Source: Yuukianura sp. NJ FZ-2021 (lineage: Eukaryota). From it: DNA of 64,000 bases. Below the pieces are notes generated by a model. It was not told the origin of the DNA and did not search any database. It worked only from the letters and a program-made list of their open reading frames with translations. Location: NCBI GenBank assembly GCA_046563655.1, contig CM102286.1, positions 8,246,001 through 8,310,000 on the forward strand, given 5' to 3'. Made by a program: the position numbers and the translations under genes. How positions within the stretch are numbered: the first letter of the stretch is position 1; each line of letters opens with the position of its first letter. This document shows, piece after piece, positions 15,001 to 26,900 of this stretch.

Positions 15001-18000
15001 GAAATTGTATTACTTTATTTGGTTGTTCGTATGTGCAACGACGGAACACTTTTTGGTTTCAGCGAATGGAGACCCCTCATAGTGTCACTGAAGGTGCACA
15101 GGAATAAAAATGTGCTATAAAAGCTGTAGATATGTTGAACACTATACGGCAAGATGAACCCAAAGACGAAGTCATGACCACAGGAAATCCCTATAACGCA
15201 TTTACTTGTTCCAAAAACAGCATGAAATGGTAATACTTTAATTTGTTGTTCGTATGTGCAACGGCGGAACACTTTTTGGTTTCAGCGAATGGAAAACCCC
15301 CATACTGTCTCTCAAGGTGCACAGGAATAAAAATGTGCTATAAAAGCTGTAGATATGTTGAACACTATACGGCAAGATGAACCCAAAGACGAAGTCATGA
15401 CCACAGGAAATCCCTATAACGCATTTATTTGTTCCAAAAACAGCATGAAATGGTAATACTTTAATTTGTTGTTCGTATGTGCAACGGCGGAACACTTTTT
15501 GGCTTCAGAGAATAGAAAACCCCCATAGTGTCACTCAAGGTGCACATGAATAACAATGTGCTATAATAGCTGTACATATGTTGCACAATATTCGGCAAGA
15601 TGAACCCGAACAAGAAGGTAAGACCACAGGAATTCCCTATAACGCATTTGTTTATTCCCCCCACAGCATGAAATTGTATTACTTTATTTGGTTGTTCGTA
15701 TGTGCAACGACGGAACACTTTTTGGTTTCAGCGAATGGAGACCCCTCATAGTGTCACTGAAGGTGCACAGGAATAAAAATGTGCTATAAAAGCTGTAGAT
15801 ATGTTGCACACTATACGGCAAGATGAACCCAATGACGAAGTTATTACCACAGGACATCCCTATAACGCATTTATTTGTTCCAAAAACAGCATGAAATTGT
15901 ATTACTTTATTTGGTTGTTCGTATGTGCAACGACGGAACACTTTTTGGTTTCAGCGAATGGAGACCCCTCATAGTGTCACTCAAGGTGCACAGGAATAAA
16001 AATGTGCTATAAAAGCTGTAGATATGTTGAACACTATACGGCAAGATGAACCCAAAGACGAAGTCATGACCACAGGAAATCCCTATAACGCATTTATTTG
16101 TTCCAAAAACAGCATGAAATGGTAATACTTTAATTTGTTGTTCGTATGTGCAACGGCGGAACACTTTTTGGTTTCAGCGAATAGAAAACCCCCATAGTGT
16201 CACTCAAGGTGCACATGAATAACAATGTGCTATAATAGCTGTACATATGTTGCACAATATTCGGCAAGATGAACCCGAACAAGAAGGTAAGACCACAGGA
16301 ATTCCCTATAACGCATTTGTTTATTCCCCCGACAGCATGAAATTGTATTACTTTATTTGGTTGTTCGTATGTGCAACGACGGAACACTTTTTGGTTTCAG
16401 CGAATGGAGACCCCTCATAGTGTCACTCAAGGTGCACAGGAATAACAATATGCTATAAAAGCTGAACATAGGTTGCACACTATACGGCAAGATGAACCCA
16501 AAGACGAAGTTATTACCACAGGACATCCCTATAACGCATTTATTTGTTCCAAAAACAGCATGAAATTGTATTACTTTATTTGGTTGTTCGTATGTGCAAC
16601 GACGGAACACTTTTTGGTTTCAGCGAATGGAGACCCCTCATAGTGTCACTGAAGGTGCACAGGAATAAAAATGTGCTATAAAAGCTGTAGATATGTTGCA
16701 CACTATACGGCAAGATGAACCAAATGACGAAGTTATTACCACAGGACATCCCTATAACGCATTTATTTGTTCCAAAAACAGCATGAAATTGTATTACTTT
16801 ATTTGGTTGTTCGTATGTGCAACGACGGACCACTTTTTGGTTTCAGCGAATGGAGACCCCTCATAGTGTCACTCAAGGTGCACAGGAATAACAATATGCT
16901 ATAAAAGCTGAACATAGGTTGCACACTATACGGCAAGATGAACCCAAAGACGAAGTTATGACCACAGGACATCCCTATAACGCATTTATTTGTTCCAAAA
17001 ACAGCAGGAAATTGTATTACTTTATTTGGTTGTTCGTATGTGCAACGACGGAACACTTTTTGGTTTCAGCGAATGGAGACCCCTCATAGTGTCACTCAAG
17101 GTGCACAGGAATAACAATATGCTATAAAAGCTGAACATAGGTTGCACACTATACGGCAAGATGAACCCAAAGACGAAGTTATGACCACAGGACATCCCTA
17201 TAACGCATTTATTTGTTCCAAAAACAGCATGAAATTGTATTACTTTATTTGGTTGTTCGTATGTGCAACGACGGAACACTTTTTGGTTTCAGCGAATGGA
17301 GACCCCTCATAGTGTCACTGAAGGTGCACAGGAATAAAAATGTGCTATAAAAGCTGTAGATATGTTGCACACTATACGGCAAGATGAACCCAATGACGAA
17401 GTTATTACCACAGGACATCCCTATAACGCATTTATTTGTTCCAAAAACAGCATGAAATTGTATTACTTTATTTGGTTGTTCGTATGTGCAACGACGGAAC
17501 ACTTTTTGGTTTCAGCGAATGGAGACCCCTCATAGTGTCACTGAAGGTGCACAGGAATAAAAATGTGCTATAAAAGCTGTAGATATGTTGCACACTATAC
17601 GGCAAGATGAACCAAATGACGAAGTTATTACCACAGGACATCCCTATAACGCATTTATTTGTTCCAAAAACAGCATGAAATTGTATTACTTTATTTGGTT
17701 GTTCGTATGTGCAACGACGGACCACTTTTTGGTTTCAGCGAATGGAGACCCCACATAGTGTCACTCAAGGTGCACAGGAATAACAATATGCTATAAAAGC
17801 TGAACATAGGTTGCACACTATACGGCAAGATGAACCCAAAGACGAAGTTATGACCACAGGACATCCCTATAACGCATTTATTTGTTCCAAAAACAGCATG
17901 AAATTGTATTACTTTATTTGGTTGTTCGTATGTGCAACGACGGAACACTTTTTGGTTTCAGCGAATGGAGACCCCTCATAGTGTCACTCAAGGTGCACAG

Positions 18001-19592
18001 GAATAACAATATGCTATAAAAGCTGAACATAGGTTGCACACTATACGGCAAGATGAACCCAAAGACGAAGTTATTACCACAGGACATCCCTATAACGCAT
18101 TTATTTGTTCCAAAAACAGCATGAAATTGTATTACTTTATTTGTTGTTCGTATGTGCAACGACGGAACACTTTTTGGTTTCAGCGAATGGAGACCCCTCA
18201 TAGTGTCACTGAAGGTGCACAGGAATAAAAATGTGCTATAAAAGCTGTAGATATGTTGCACACTATACGGCAAGATGAACCCAATGACGAAGTTATTACC
18301 ACAGGACATCCCTATAACGCATTTATTTGTTCCAAAAACAGCATGAAATTGTATTACTTTATTTGGTTGTTCGTATGTGCAACGACGGAACACTTTTTGG
18401 TTTCAGCGAATGGAGACCCCTCATAGTGTCACTCAAGGTGCACAGGAATAAAAATGTGCTATAAAAGCTGTAGATATGTTGCACACTATACGGCAAGATG
18501 AACCAAATGACGAAGTTATTACCACAGGACATCCCTATAACGCATTTATTTGTTCCAAAAACAGCATGAAATTGTATTACTTTATTTGGTTGTTCGTATG
18601 TGCAACGACGGAACACTTTTTGGTTTCAGCGAATGGAGACCCCTCATAGTGTCACTCAAGGTGCACAGGAATAAAAATGTGCTATAAAAGCTGTAGATAT
18701 GTTGAACACTATACGGCAAGATGAACCCAAAGACGAAGTCATGACCACAGGAAATCCCTATAACGCATTTATTTGTTCCAAAAACAGCATGAAATGGTAA
18801 TACTTTAATTTGTTGTTCGTATGTGCAACGGCGGAACACTTTTTGGTTTCAGCGAATAGAAAACCCCCATAGTGTCACTCAAGGTGCACATGAATAACAA
18901 TGTGCTATAATAGCTGTACATATGTTGCACAATATTCGGCAAGATGAACCCGAACAAGAAGGTAAGACCACAGGAATTCCCTATAACGCATTTGTTTATT
19001 CCCCCGACAGCATGAAATTGTATTACTTTATTTGGTTGTTCGTATGTGCAACGACGGAACACTTTTTGGTTTCAGCGAATGGAGACCCCTCATAGTGTCA
19101 CTCAAGGTGCACAGGAATAACAATATGCTATAAAAGCTGAACATAGGTTGCACACTATACGGCAAGATGAACCCAAAGACGAAGTTATTACCACAGGACA
19201 TCCCTATAACGCATTTATTTGTTCCAAAAACAGCATGAAATTGTATTACTTTATTTGGTTGTTCGTATGTGCAACGACGGAACACTTTTTGGTTTCAGCG
19301 AATGGAGACCCCTCATAGTGTCACTGAAGGTGCACAGGAATAAAAATGTGCTATAAAAGCTGTAGATATGTTGCACACTATACGGCAAGATGAACCAAAT
19401 GACGAAGTTATTACCACAGGACATCCCTATAACGCATTTATTTGTTCCAAAAACAGCATGAAATTGTATTACTTTATTTGGTTGTTCGTATGTGCAACGA
19501 CGGAACACTTTTTGGTTTCAGCGAATGGAGACCCCTCATAGTGTCACTGAAGGTGCACAGGAATAAAAATGTGCTATAAAAGCTGTAGATAT
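1..19592. repeat. 223-bp tandem satellite array, left block (~88 monomers), with higher-order structure
   Basis: The same unit (…TTGTTCGTATGTGCAACGACGGAACACTTTTTGGTTTCAGCGAATGG…) recurs head to tail every 223 bp, as shown by the 223-bp spacing of the ORF-track hits. There are three main monomer subtypes. The array runs off the left edge of the window. Confidence 0.99.
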
Positions 19593-20040
19593 TGTTATAG
19601 AGTGATTTTTAGTACCGTTAAAAGTTACATTTACAGAGTTTCTAAATGTACATGTTTGTCCCCCCAAGGTCAAATTGTTTGTGTTACTGTTTTTCTCCCC
19701 TAGTCGTAGGAATTAGGCTAATCCAATTAGCGGTTTACCGTTAGGTATTCGATTTGTGTTGGGTTGGAAGATGTGCTTCCACCCACACAAGGTAACTGTA
19801 AATTGTTTTGCTCCAGAGATGTTCTGGAATTCTGAATTCATTCAATTTCCAGCTCTCAGTGAGCTCAAAAGTCTTGTAAAAGCTTTCCTTTTACATTTAA
19901 TAAATATTTGACTCAATAGCCTCACGGAGGTCAAGGATCGAGGTCAAGAGGTCATTTATTTGGAGTCTTCTGGAGTTCTGGAAGGAGACTCGGGCATTTT
20001 TCCGGTGCGGTTATTGGCTGGAGAATAACGCACCGTAACA
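19593..20040 (+). repeat. 5' LTR of Gypsy A
   Basis: Direct repeat of 48296-48743 with 3 mismatches seen by eye; TG…CA ends. Followed by TTTGGTAGAACGAG, a putative PBS whose tRNA I could not assign. Confidence 0.97.
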
Positions 20041-20167
20041 TTTGGTAGAACGAGCAAACGGAACTAGTCTTCAAACTTCGTGATTGGTGGCATACGTTCT
20101 GGAACTCACGTAAGGTTATTGTGTTAAGATTTTTGTTTGAGTACCAAAAGGAGAGTTGTACTTTGTG

Positions 20168-20988
20168 ATGGCAACTGCTCCAAGTGCAAGTAAAGGCACT
20201 ACCGCTGCGACTGCGACGTGAAAAGTGTCATAAGGTCAATCCCAAAATTCGATGGGAAATCGAATGTTGATCTTTTCTGTGTGAGATGTGATGCTGCGCT
20301 GGAGACAAAGCAAGTTGACTCCAGGTTATTGCTCCTAAATTTTCATCTGCTTCTGGAAGGTGAAGCACAGGATTGGTGGAAATTTGCGCAGATCAAGTAC
20401 ATTAGCGATCTTAGTGACGCTAATAAGGATCAGAAGTGGGAATTGTTGAAACAACAATTAAAATCGTTTTACGAACCTGAGTCGGTTCGTAAAGAAGCGA
20501 AAAAGGCTGCCAGTGCCATTAAGTTTGTTGATTGTAGCTCCGCTGGGGAGTACGTCAGCAAAAAGTTGAGTATCTTTGTGATGCTGGATCCCAATATGTC
20601 GGATAAGAAGCAGGTCGAAAAGTTGACCAAAGGGCTTCCCGACACGCTGCGCAATATTATGTACTGCGCAGAACCGAAAAATCCGACTGAATTTTTGCAA
20701 AAGTTGCGAAAAATGGACAAGCCGGATAAGCCTGACAAACCTAAGTGGGTCAGTAACAAAAATCCCTCTGTGGGTAAGCCAAAGGAGGAATCGAGTTCCT
20801 CGAGGTCATCGAACCTTAGTGATTCGAGTGACACGGCGAAGAAGCCGGCTAAAAAGTTGTGTTATGGTTGTCGTAAAGATGATCATTTCATACGGGATTG
20901 CCCTGACAGAAAGCCGAAGCCGTCGTCTTCTGTCTATGGCGTTGCCGCTGAGACGGCAGAGGAAATCGTTAAGTCAAAAAACGATTGA
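20168..20988 (+). pseudogene. gag: Gypsy A gag (CCHC zinc knuckle), frameshifted near the 5' end
   Basis: ORF 20218-20988 has a retrotransposon-gag-like region (IPKFDG…LLEGEAQDWW) and CYGCRKDDHFIRDC. The upstream ATG at 20168 is in another frame that stops at 20219-20221, implying a frameshift. Confidence 0.85.
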
Positions 20989-21893
20989 GAAAGGTGAAAC
21001 GGGGTCACCTGAAAAACTCCGCAGTTAGTAAGAATCAGTTTCTTACAGAACTTAGTGTTGTAAATTCTTCTCCTGTGTCTTGCTTTGTGCTTGACAGTGC
21101 AGTGGAGAAGAAAGATAAGCAAATTAGGTTAATTAGAACTACGTGTTCTAAGCAAGGGCAAGGGAGGTCATTACCAGCCTCGTGCGTGGTATCAACCTCT
21201 AAGCTTGAAGGTCAAGCCAAGGTGAAGTCAACATCCTCTGTGGATGTTAATGAGATGACTTGTGTTGAAGGTCATTCACTGCCAGCAACCTTCCGCCATA
21301 AACGAATAGGGCCCCGGATTACTACAGAATTTGTTATCTGTAGCAAAGCCTATTCTGTGAGGGTGGATGAGGGTCCAAACTGTGGTACTTACACCGAGGG
21401 AAGCACACAGGGTAACAGTTCATTGCCCTGACATAGTTTCTGGTTCAGTGATCCCGTCACCGAACAGAAGTTTACAGTTTGAACATAACGTAATCCAGCC
21501 CTTTGTGTATGCTGTGATTAGAGATGGTAAGACGGATATTTGGATTACTAATCTGAATAAAGGGAAGGTGAGACTGCCCAGGAATAGTACAATTGCATTT
21601 GGTTCACCTTGTGCTAAAGGTGCCAGTGTCATGCTTCTTAGTGATCATGATGGTACTATGGGAAAGAGTCAGCCTCAGCAGCAAAGTCAGGATGACTTTA
21701 AAATTAATTTGGGGGAGGATCTTACTCTAAGTGAGAAGACGGAAGTCATCAAATTAGTGAAAGAATTTTCTGATGTCTTTGTGACTGACGAATCAAAAGT
21801 GGGGAAGACGAATTTGTTTCGTCATAAGATCGAGACGGGAGATCATCCTCCAATTAGATCTCACCCCTACCGCGCATCATTTGTTGAGCGCAG
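20976..21893 (+). pseudogene. pol: Gypsy A pol, 5' part (protease region disrupted; pre-RT region)
   Basis: The -1 frame is entered at A_AAA_AAC (20976-20982). ORFs 20985-21431 and 21367-21954 end in the typical pre-RT motif HKIETGDHPPIRSHPYR. No intact D-[ST]-G protease motif. Interrupted at 21894 by Gypsy B. Confidence 0.8.
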
Positions 21894-22333
21894 TGAAGCA
21901 GCCGCTCCCTTAGTTCAGGGTCATCCCCAGGTCAGGTCAGGGTGTGTCCCATAGTTAGTGTATATAGTATTCGTATTTAGTATTTTGTTTCGGGTGAGAC
22001 GAGTTGCGAGCTCGGAGGGAGATTCGAGCAGAGGCATGTTTTGTGTGAGTTTAGTGTTAGTATAGAGCTTAGAGCTCAGTCTGGTTTTCGGTTTCGCTCA
22101 GAGAGCATATTAGAGTTATGTGTGCGCTGCTACGAGCAGTTTATTTTGTATATATTCTTTATTGATCAGCTCAATAAATATATGTTTTATATTTATCTTC
22201 GCTGATCTTGTCGTCCGAGTTCCAGGGAGTTATTGTGTCGTTTGCTGGGCATGAGTCTGCGGACTCAGAGAGGAGTCTGATTTGGTGGTGGCCGTGGCCA
22301 TTTTAGTGTTTCCGTAGCGCTGAGGGCGTTACA
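21894..22333 (+). repeat. 5' LTR of Gypsy B
   Basis: Direct repeat of 29364-29803 with one mismatch seen (CAGTTTATTT vs CAGTATATTT). Confidence 0.98.
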
Positions 22334-22335
22334 GA

Positions 22336-22345
22336 TGGCGACCGT
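22336..22345 (+). promoter_or_regulatory. Primer-binding site of Gypsy B, tRNA-Arg-like
   Basis: TGGCGACCGT, 2 nt after the LTR, resembles the tRNA-Arg PBS of mdg1/412-type elements (from recall; not checked against host tRNAs). Confidence 0.7.
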
Positions 22346-22510
22346 TAGTGAGTGTCTCCAGCGACGACAGTGAGGTCAAGAGGTCAAGAGCGAAATTCAG
22401 AAGTTACTGTGGTAACTTTCCCTGTACATATAGCATTAGAGCCGTTTCAAACAGCTCTCTAATTGTCCATAAGCCACTGTCGTGGCTCCATTCTGTTCAT
22501 TCGGACATAA

Positions 22511-23995
22511 ATGACGGAAAAGAAACTCCCAAGTGAGTTACAGAAACTACAGATTGATCCATCCGTGAAATTTCCATTACCAACGGAGGGTCTTTCTCCA
22601 GACCTAGAGGGTCATAACCTACGAAGTAGACACACATCCGGTGTCTCTCCAACTGCTGTTTCATCAGCACAAGCATCTGCCAGTGCCAGCGCCATGGCAA
22701 CATATACAAAAGAAGACATTGACAAAATAGTAGCTGCTGCGGTAGCTAAAGCCGTGCGCGGCGTGGAACAGAGGTTAGTTCCGAAAACTGAAGAAGGAGT
22801 CGCTGCGGTGTCTCCAGGAGGAGGGGTGGACCAGACTCAGGCGCTGATCAATGCCTTAAAGAACGTGAAATTCACGTCCCTCTCATCCAAACTACCACCT
22901 CCCAAGTTTGATACGAAGAAGATGTCAGCAGCAGGCTACCTCGTGGAGGTAGAAAGATATTTTTCGGCTCAAGGACATGCTGAGACGCAGTATCTCTATT
23001 TGATAAAGACGGTCTTACCGTCTGATGTGCATCCTTGGTTGGATCATATTCTCCTGACTGTTACTGATTGGGATGAATTCAAAACTCATTTTACCAACAG
23101 ATATGACAATTGGATAGACGTTGCAGAGCGAACACGTCTTTTACATACGAGAGTTCAACAAGTAAACGAACCAGTTGAACATTTCATTTATGACATGGTA
23201 CGCTGCTCAAGGTTAGTGTATCCAAATGAGTCAGTTGCTGACTCGGTGATGAGGGCTAAGCTTGCCTTATACCCTCGCCTACGTACAGCACTTGGAACTA
23301 ACAGTTATCAAACTGTTGAAACCTTATTTGAAGCTTGTCGTGTGGCTCATGCTAATTTGTCTGCTGAAGATAAACTTAATAAAGACAAAAACATGAAATT
23401 GCCGCCGATTGTCAAAGTTGACTCCAAAAATTCAGAAACTGAAAAAACTGAAACTGACAATTCGGGGTCAAATGGGAATTCAAAAAATCATGGAAATTCA
23501 GGAAATCATTACAAAAAAGGAGGAGCCAATCATTTTGGCTATCGGGGAAATCACTTCAGAGGTAGAGGTGGTTATTCCAGAAATGAGCAAAGCCAGGCTC
23601 ACACCGGAAATGAGGGTCAGTTTACTAGCCCCAATCAAGAGACTGGCAATGGACCAGCTCAAGGTCAAACGTCCAGGCCGTCATCTCAAGATGCCACTAG
23701 CAGCAACAATTCGCCAAATCGCGGCAGAGGAGGTTTCCGTGGAAACCGAGGAGGTAACCCAAGAGGCCGTGGGAATGGTAGAGGAAGTGGTGGAGGTCAT
23801 CCACCTGACCCAGGCGACGTTATGTGTTTCCGTTGCGGTGGATATGGACACAAACAGTTTCAGTGTCCTACTAATATGGGTGCGGCCCTAGGAGCATTTA
23901 GTGAAGCCACGAAGGATGTAGTGGCTCAAGTGGAAGGTGGGAATCAGGCTCAAGGGCCTTCAACGTCATCCAACGCTAAGGAGAAGTTAAACTAA
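22511..23995 (+). CDS. gag: Gypsy B Gag (494 aa; RGG-rich region and CCHC knuckle)
   Basis: Uninterrupted ORF with a capsid-like region (PPKFD…WDEFKTHFTNRY…EPVEHFI), RGG repeats and CFRCGGYGHKQFQC. Confidence 0.93.
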   Translation: MTEKKLPSELQKLQIDPSVKFPLPTEGLSPDLEGHNLRSRHTSGVSPTAVSSAQASASASAMATYTKEDIDKIVAAAVAKAVRGVEQRLVPKTEEGVAAVSPGGGVDQTQALINALKNVKFTSLSSKLPPPKFDTKKMSAAGYLVEVERYFSAQGHAETQYLYLIKTVLPSDVHPWLDHILLTVTDWDEFKTHFTNRYDNWIDVAERTRLLHTRVQQVNEPVEHFIYDMVRCSRLVYPNESVADSVMRAKLALYPRLRTALGTNSYQTVETLFEACRVAHANLSAEDKLNKDKNMKLPPIVKVDSKNSETEKTETDNSGSNGNSKNHGNSGNHYKKGGANHFGYRGNHFRGRGGYSRNEQSQAHTGNEGQFTSPNQETGNGPAQGQTSRPSSQDATSSNNSPNRGRGGFRGNRGGNPRGRGNGRGSGGGHPPDPGDVMCFRCGGYGHKQFQCPTNMGAALGAFSEATKDVVAQVEGGNQAQGPSTSSNAKEKLN

Positions 23996-26900
23996 TGGAG
24001 GGGAATGACGTGTCGTCCATCATTCACCCAACTTTAATCCAAATTTCGGACGAATCTATTCCATTTGTGAGTGTGACTGCCTATGAGTCAAGATTTTTGG
24101 CTATTTTTGATACGGGGTGTTCGCAGTCACTCATTGTAAAAAGTTTATGTAAAAAATTAAATTCAGTTGTTGTTCCTTTAGAAAACAAAACAACAACAAC
24201 AATGAATAATGAAGAGCTGCGTTTAAGCGGCTATGCCTTTGTATATATTAAAATTGGGGGGAGGACTGTTCGATTTAAATTTTACGTAGCAGACACTCTT
24301 CCAGTTCCGTGTGTCTTGGGTTCTGATTTCATTGCTCAGAACGACATTGTGCTTAGGCTGCGGTCTAAAGAGTTTTGGTTTGGTGGAGAAGAGAGCCATA
24401 AATTCAAATTGGCTTTTGCGGCTGGTACTACCGGTTCCGCATATTTCGCAATTGCTTTACCAGAAAGCAAACAAGATGATGAAATTAAAGAAAAAGTACA
24501 TCAAGTACTTTCGCAATTTCCGACTGTGGTCAGAGACGATGGAAAATTAGGAAGGACGGATTGGACTCATCACATTATAGAAGACGAAGGTTACCCGCCT
24601 GCGAGGAATCCTTACAAAAAATCACCAGCTATCCAAGCCGTGATTAATCAACAAATTGACCAATTACTCAAGGAGGGTATAGTGAGACATTCCAGATCAC
24701 CTTATGCTGCACCAGTAGTGATGGTTCCGAAGAAAGATGGCAGTTTAAGACTCTGTGTTGATTATACATGTCTCAACCAACAAACTAAAACGAATGCTAC
24801 GCCTATGGAAAGTGCACATTCAATTTTACATTCCATTCCGTCAGATCATTGGTACACAGTGGTCGATTTGGATCGTGGTTATTGGCAAGTTCTTTTACAT
24901 CCAGACAGTGTCGAGAAATCGGCATTTGTGACTCAGGACGGGCACTACGAATTTTTAGTGATGCCATTTGGACTAAAGAATAGTCCTAAGACTTGCCAAC
25001 AACTGATCAGGAAAGTTATCCGAGGATATTCCAATTTTGCGAAGGGTTATATGGATGATATTATCATCTTCAGTAAGACAGTGGAAGAGCACATGGTGCA
25101 TCTGTCTAAAATTTTAACTAGGCTTAAGTTGGCTGGCCTAACCCTTACTCGCAAAAAGTTACAGTTATGTCAAAGGGAAATTGATGTATTAGGACACAAG
25201 CTTTCAGCTAATGGGTTAAAAAAGTGTCCTCAGAAAGTTCAGGCGATTGTAGATTTTCCTACTCCTAGAAATGTAAAGGAAGTTCAACGTTTCCATGGAA
25301 TGGCTCAGTGGTATGCCAGTTTTATTGAACATTTTGCAGAGAAAGCAGAGCCGATGTATCGGCTATTAAGGAAAAGTCAACCATGGGTCTGGGGAGTTGA
25401 ACAGCAGAAGTCATTCGAAGCTATCAAAGAAGCCATGTGCAACGATGTTATGCTTCATGCAGTGGACTACAATCATCCGATTTTACTAAAATGTGATGCT
25501 TCAATGTTGGGGTTGGGAGCAGCCTTAACACAAGTTATCAATGGAGTGGAGCGACCAGTCATGTTCATTAGTAAGACTTTGCGAAAGTCTGAGTTACGCT
25601 ACCACATTTATGAAAAGGAGCTCTTTGCAATCATTTGGGCGTACAGGAAGCTCCGTGAGTACATTGAAGGTCAGCAATTTACCATAATTACTGACAACAA
25701 GGCTCTATCGTTTCTCCATAAGATGAAAGAACGAAAAGCAAAATTGGGTGCTTGGGATGTGGAGATTAAATCATGGGGAGTGCCGATCAAACATCGTGCG
25801 GGGAAGGAGAATGTGGAAGCGGACGCGCTTTCTCGTGCTCCAGTGCCAGTGCAAGATGATGATTTGGATTTTGACGACGACTCTCCGGAATACATGTATG
25901 CGCCAACGGCCGTGGCCTTACTGTCATTCGATGCTCCATCATTCCAGAAGATGCAAGAGGAACAAGAGAAGGATGACGCACTCAAGAAGATAATCCAAGA
26001 TGTAAAAAGTGGCAAAAAAGTAGAGAAATACGCCATGCGGAATGGCTTACTCAAGCGAAAAGTCAAAGGTTTTGACTCAAAATCCAATGAGGAGAGCTGC
26101 GGTGAACTCATTGAGGAGCAATGTGCGGAAAAGAGGCCTCATTCTTCCGACATTACTCAAAAAGACGTCATTCGGACTGCCCAGCAGGCTCGAAATCAAG
26201 AAGAAACTCAAGAGAAAGAGTTATGGGTGACAGTGGTACCGAAACTACTCGTCCCTGAAATTTTGAAAATCTTCCATGATGTCCCAGAAGCGGCACATCT
26301 CGGAATCAGAGCCACTAAGATGAAGATTAAAAGAAGATTTTATTGGGATCATATGAATAAGGACATTCATGATTATGTCAGATCAAGTCCCTGGTGTCAA
26401 GCCGTGAAATCCGCAAATCACAAACCGTTTGGACTACTGCATGCTGCGGCACCGTCGAGTCAAGTGTTTGAAAAAATTTTCGTGGACTTTCTAGGCCCCC
26501 TACCAAGAAGTAAAAACGGTAATCAGTACTTGTTCGTTGTGGAAGATGATCTGTCAAAATGGGTGGAGCTGTTCCCAATGCGGAAAGCAACCGCTCAGAA
26601 AGTTGTCAAAGTTCTTGTGGATGAAATTTTTTGCAGATATGGGACTGTTAAAACGATTATATCAGACAATGCTAGTCAGTTTTTGTCTAAAGTCATGGAG
26701 AAAATGACTAAAGAGTGGAACATTAATCATGTTCCAATCAGTCCATATCATGCTCAAGCAAATTCCGTTGAACGAGTCAATAGAAACTTAAAGCCAATGT
26801 TACAGGCTTATGTAGGCTCTAATCATAAAAGTTGGGATGAGCACCTACAAAAGTTCGCTTTGGCGATGAGAACTTCAGTACATGAGACAACTAAAGTTAC

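Noticed and set aside
80..19508. Dozens of 85-aa minus-strand ORFs (also at 48659-53370) suggesting a tandem gene family
   Set aside because: They are translations of the 223-bp monomer: non-ATG starts, adjacent ORFs overlap, the period is not a multiple of 3, and no domain is recognisable.
1..19592. CRISPR-like array
   Set aside because: No unique spacers, whole units repeat, no cas genes, and the context is eukaryotic.
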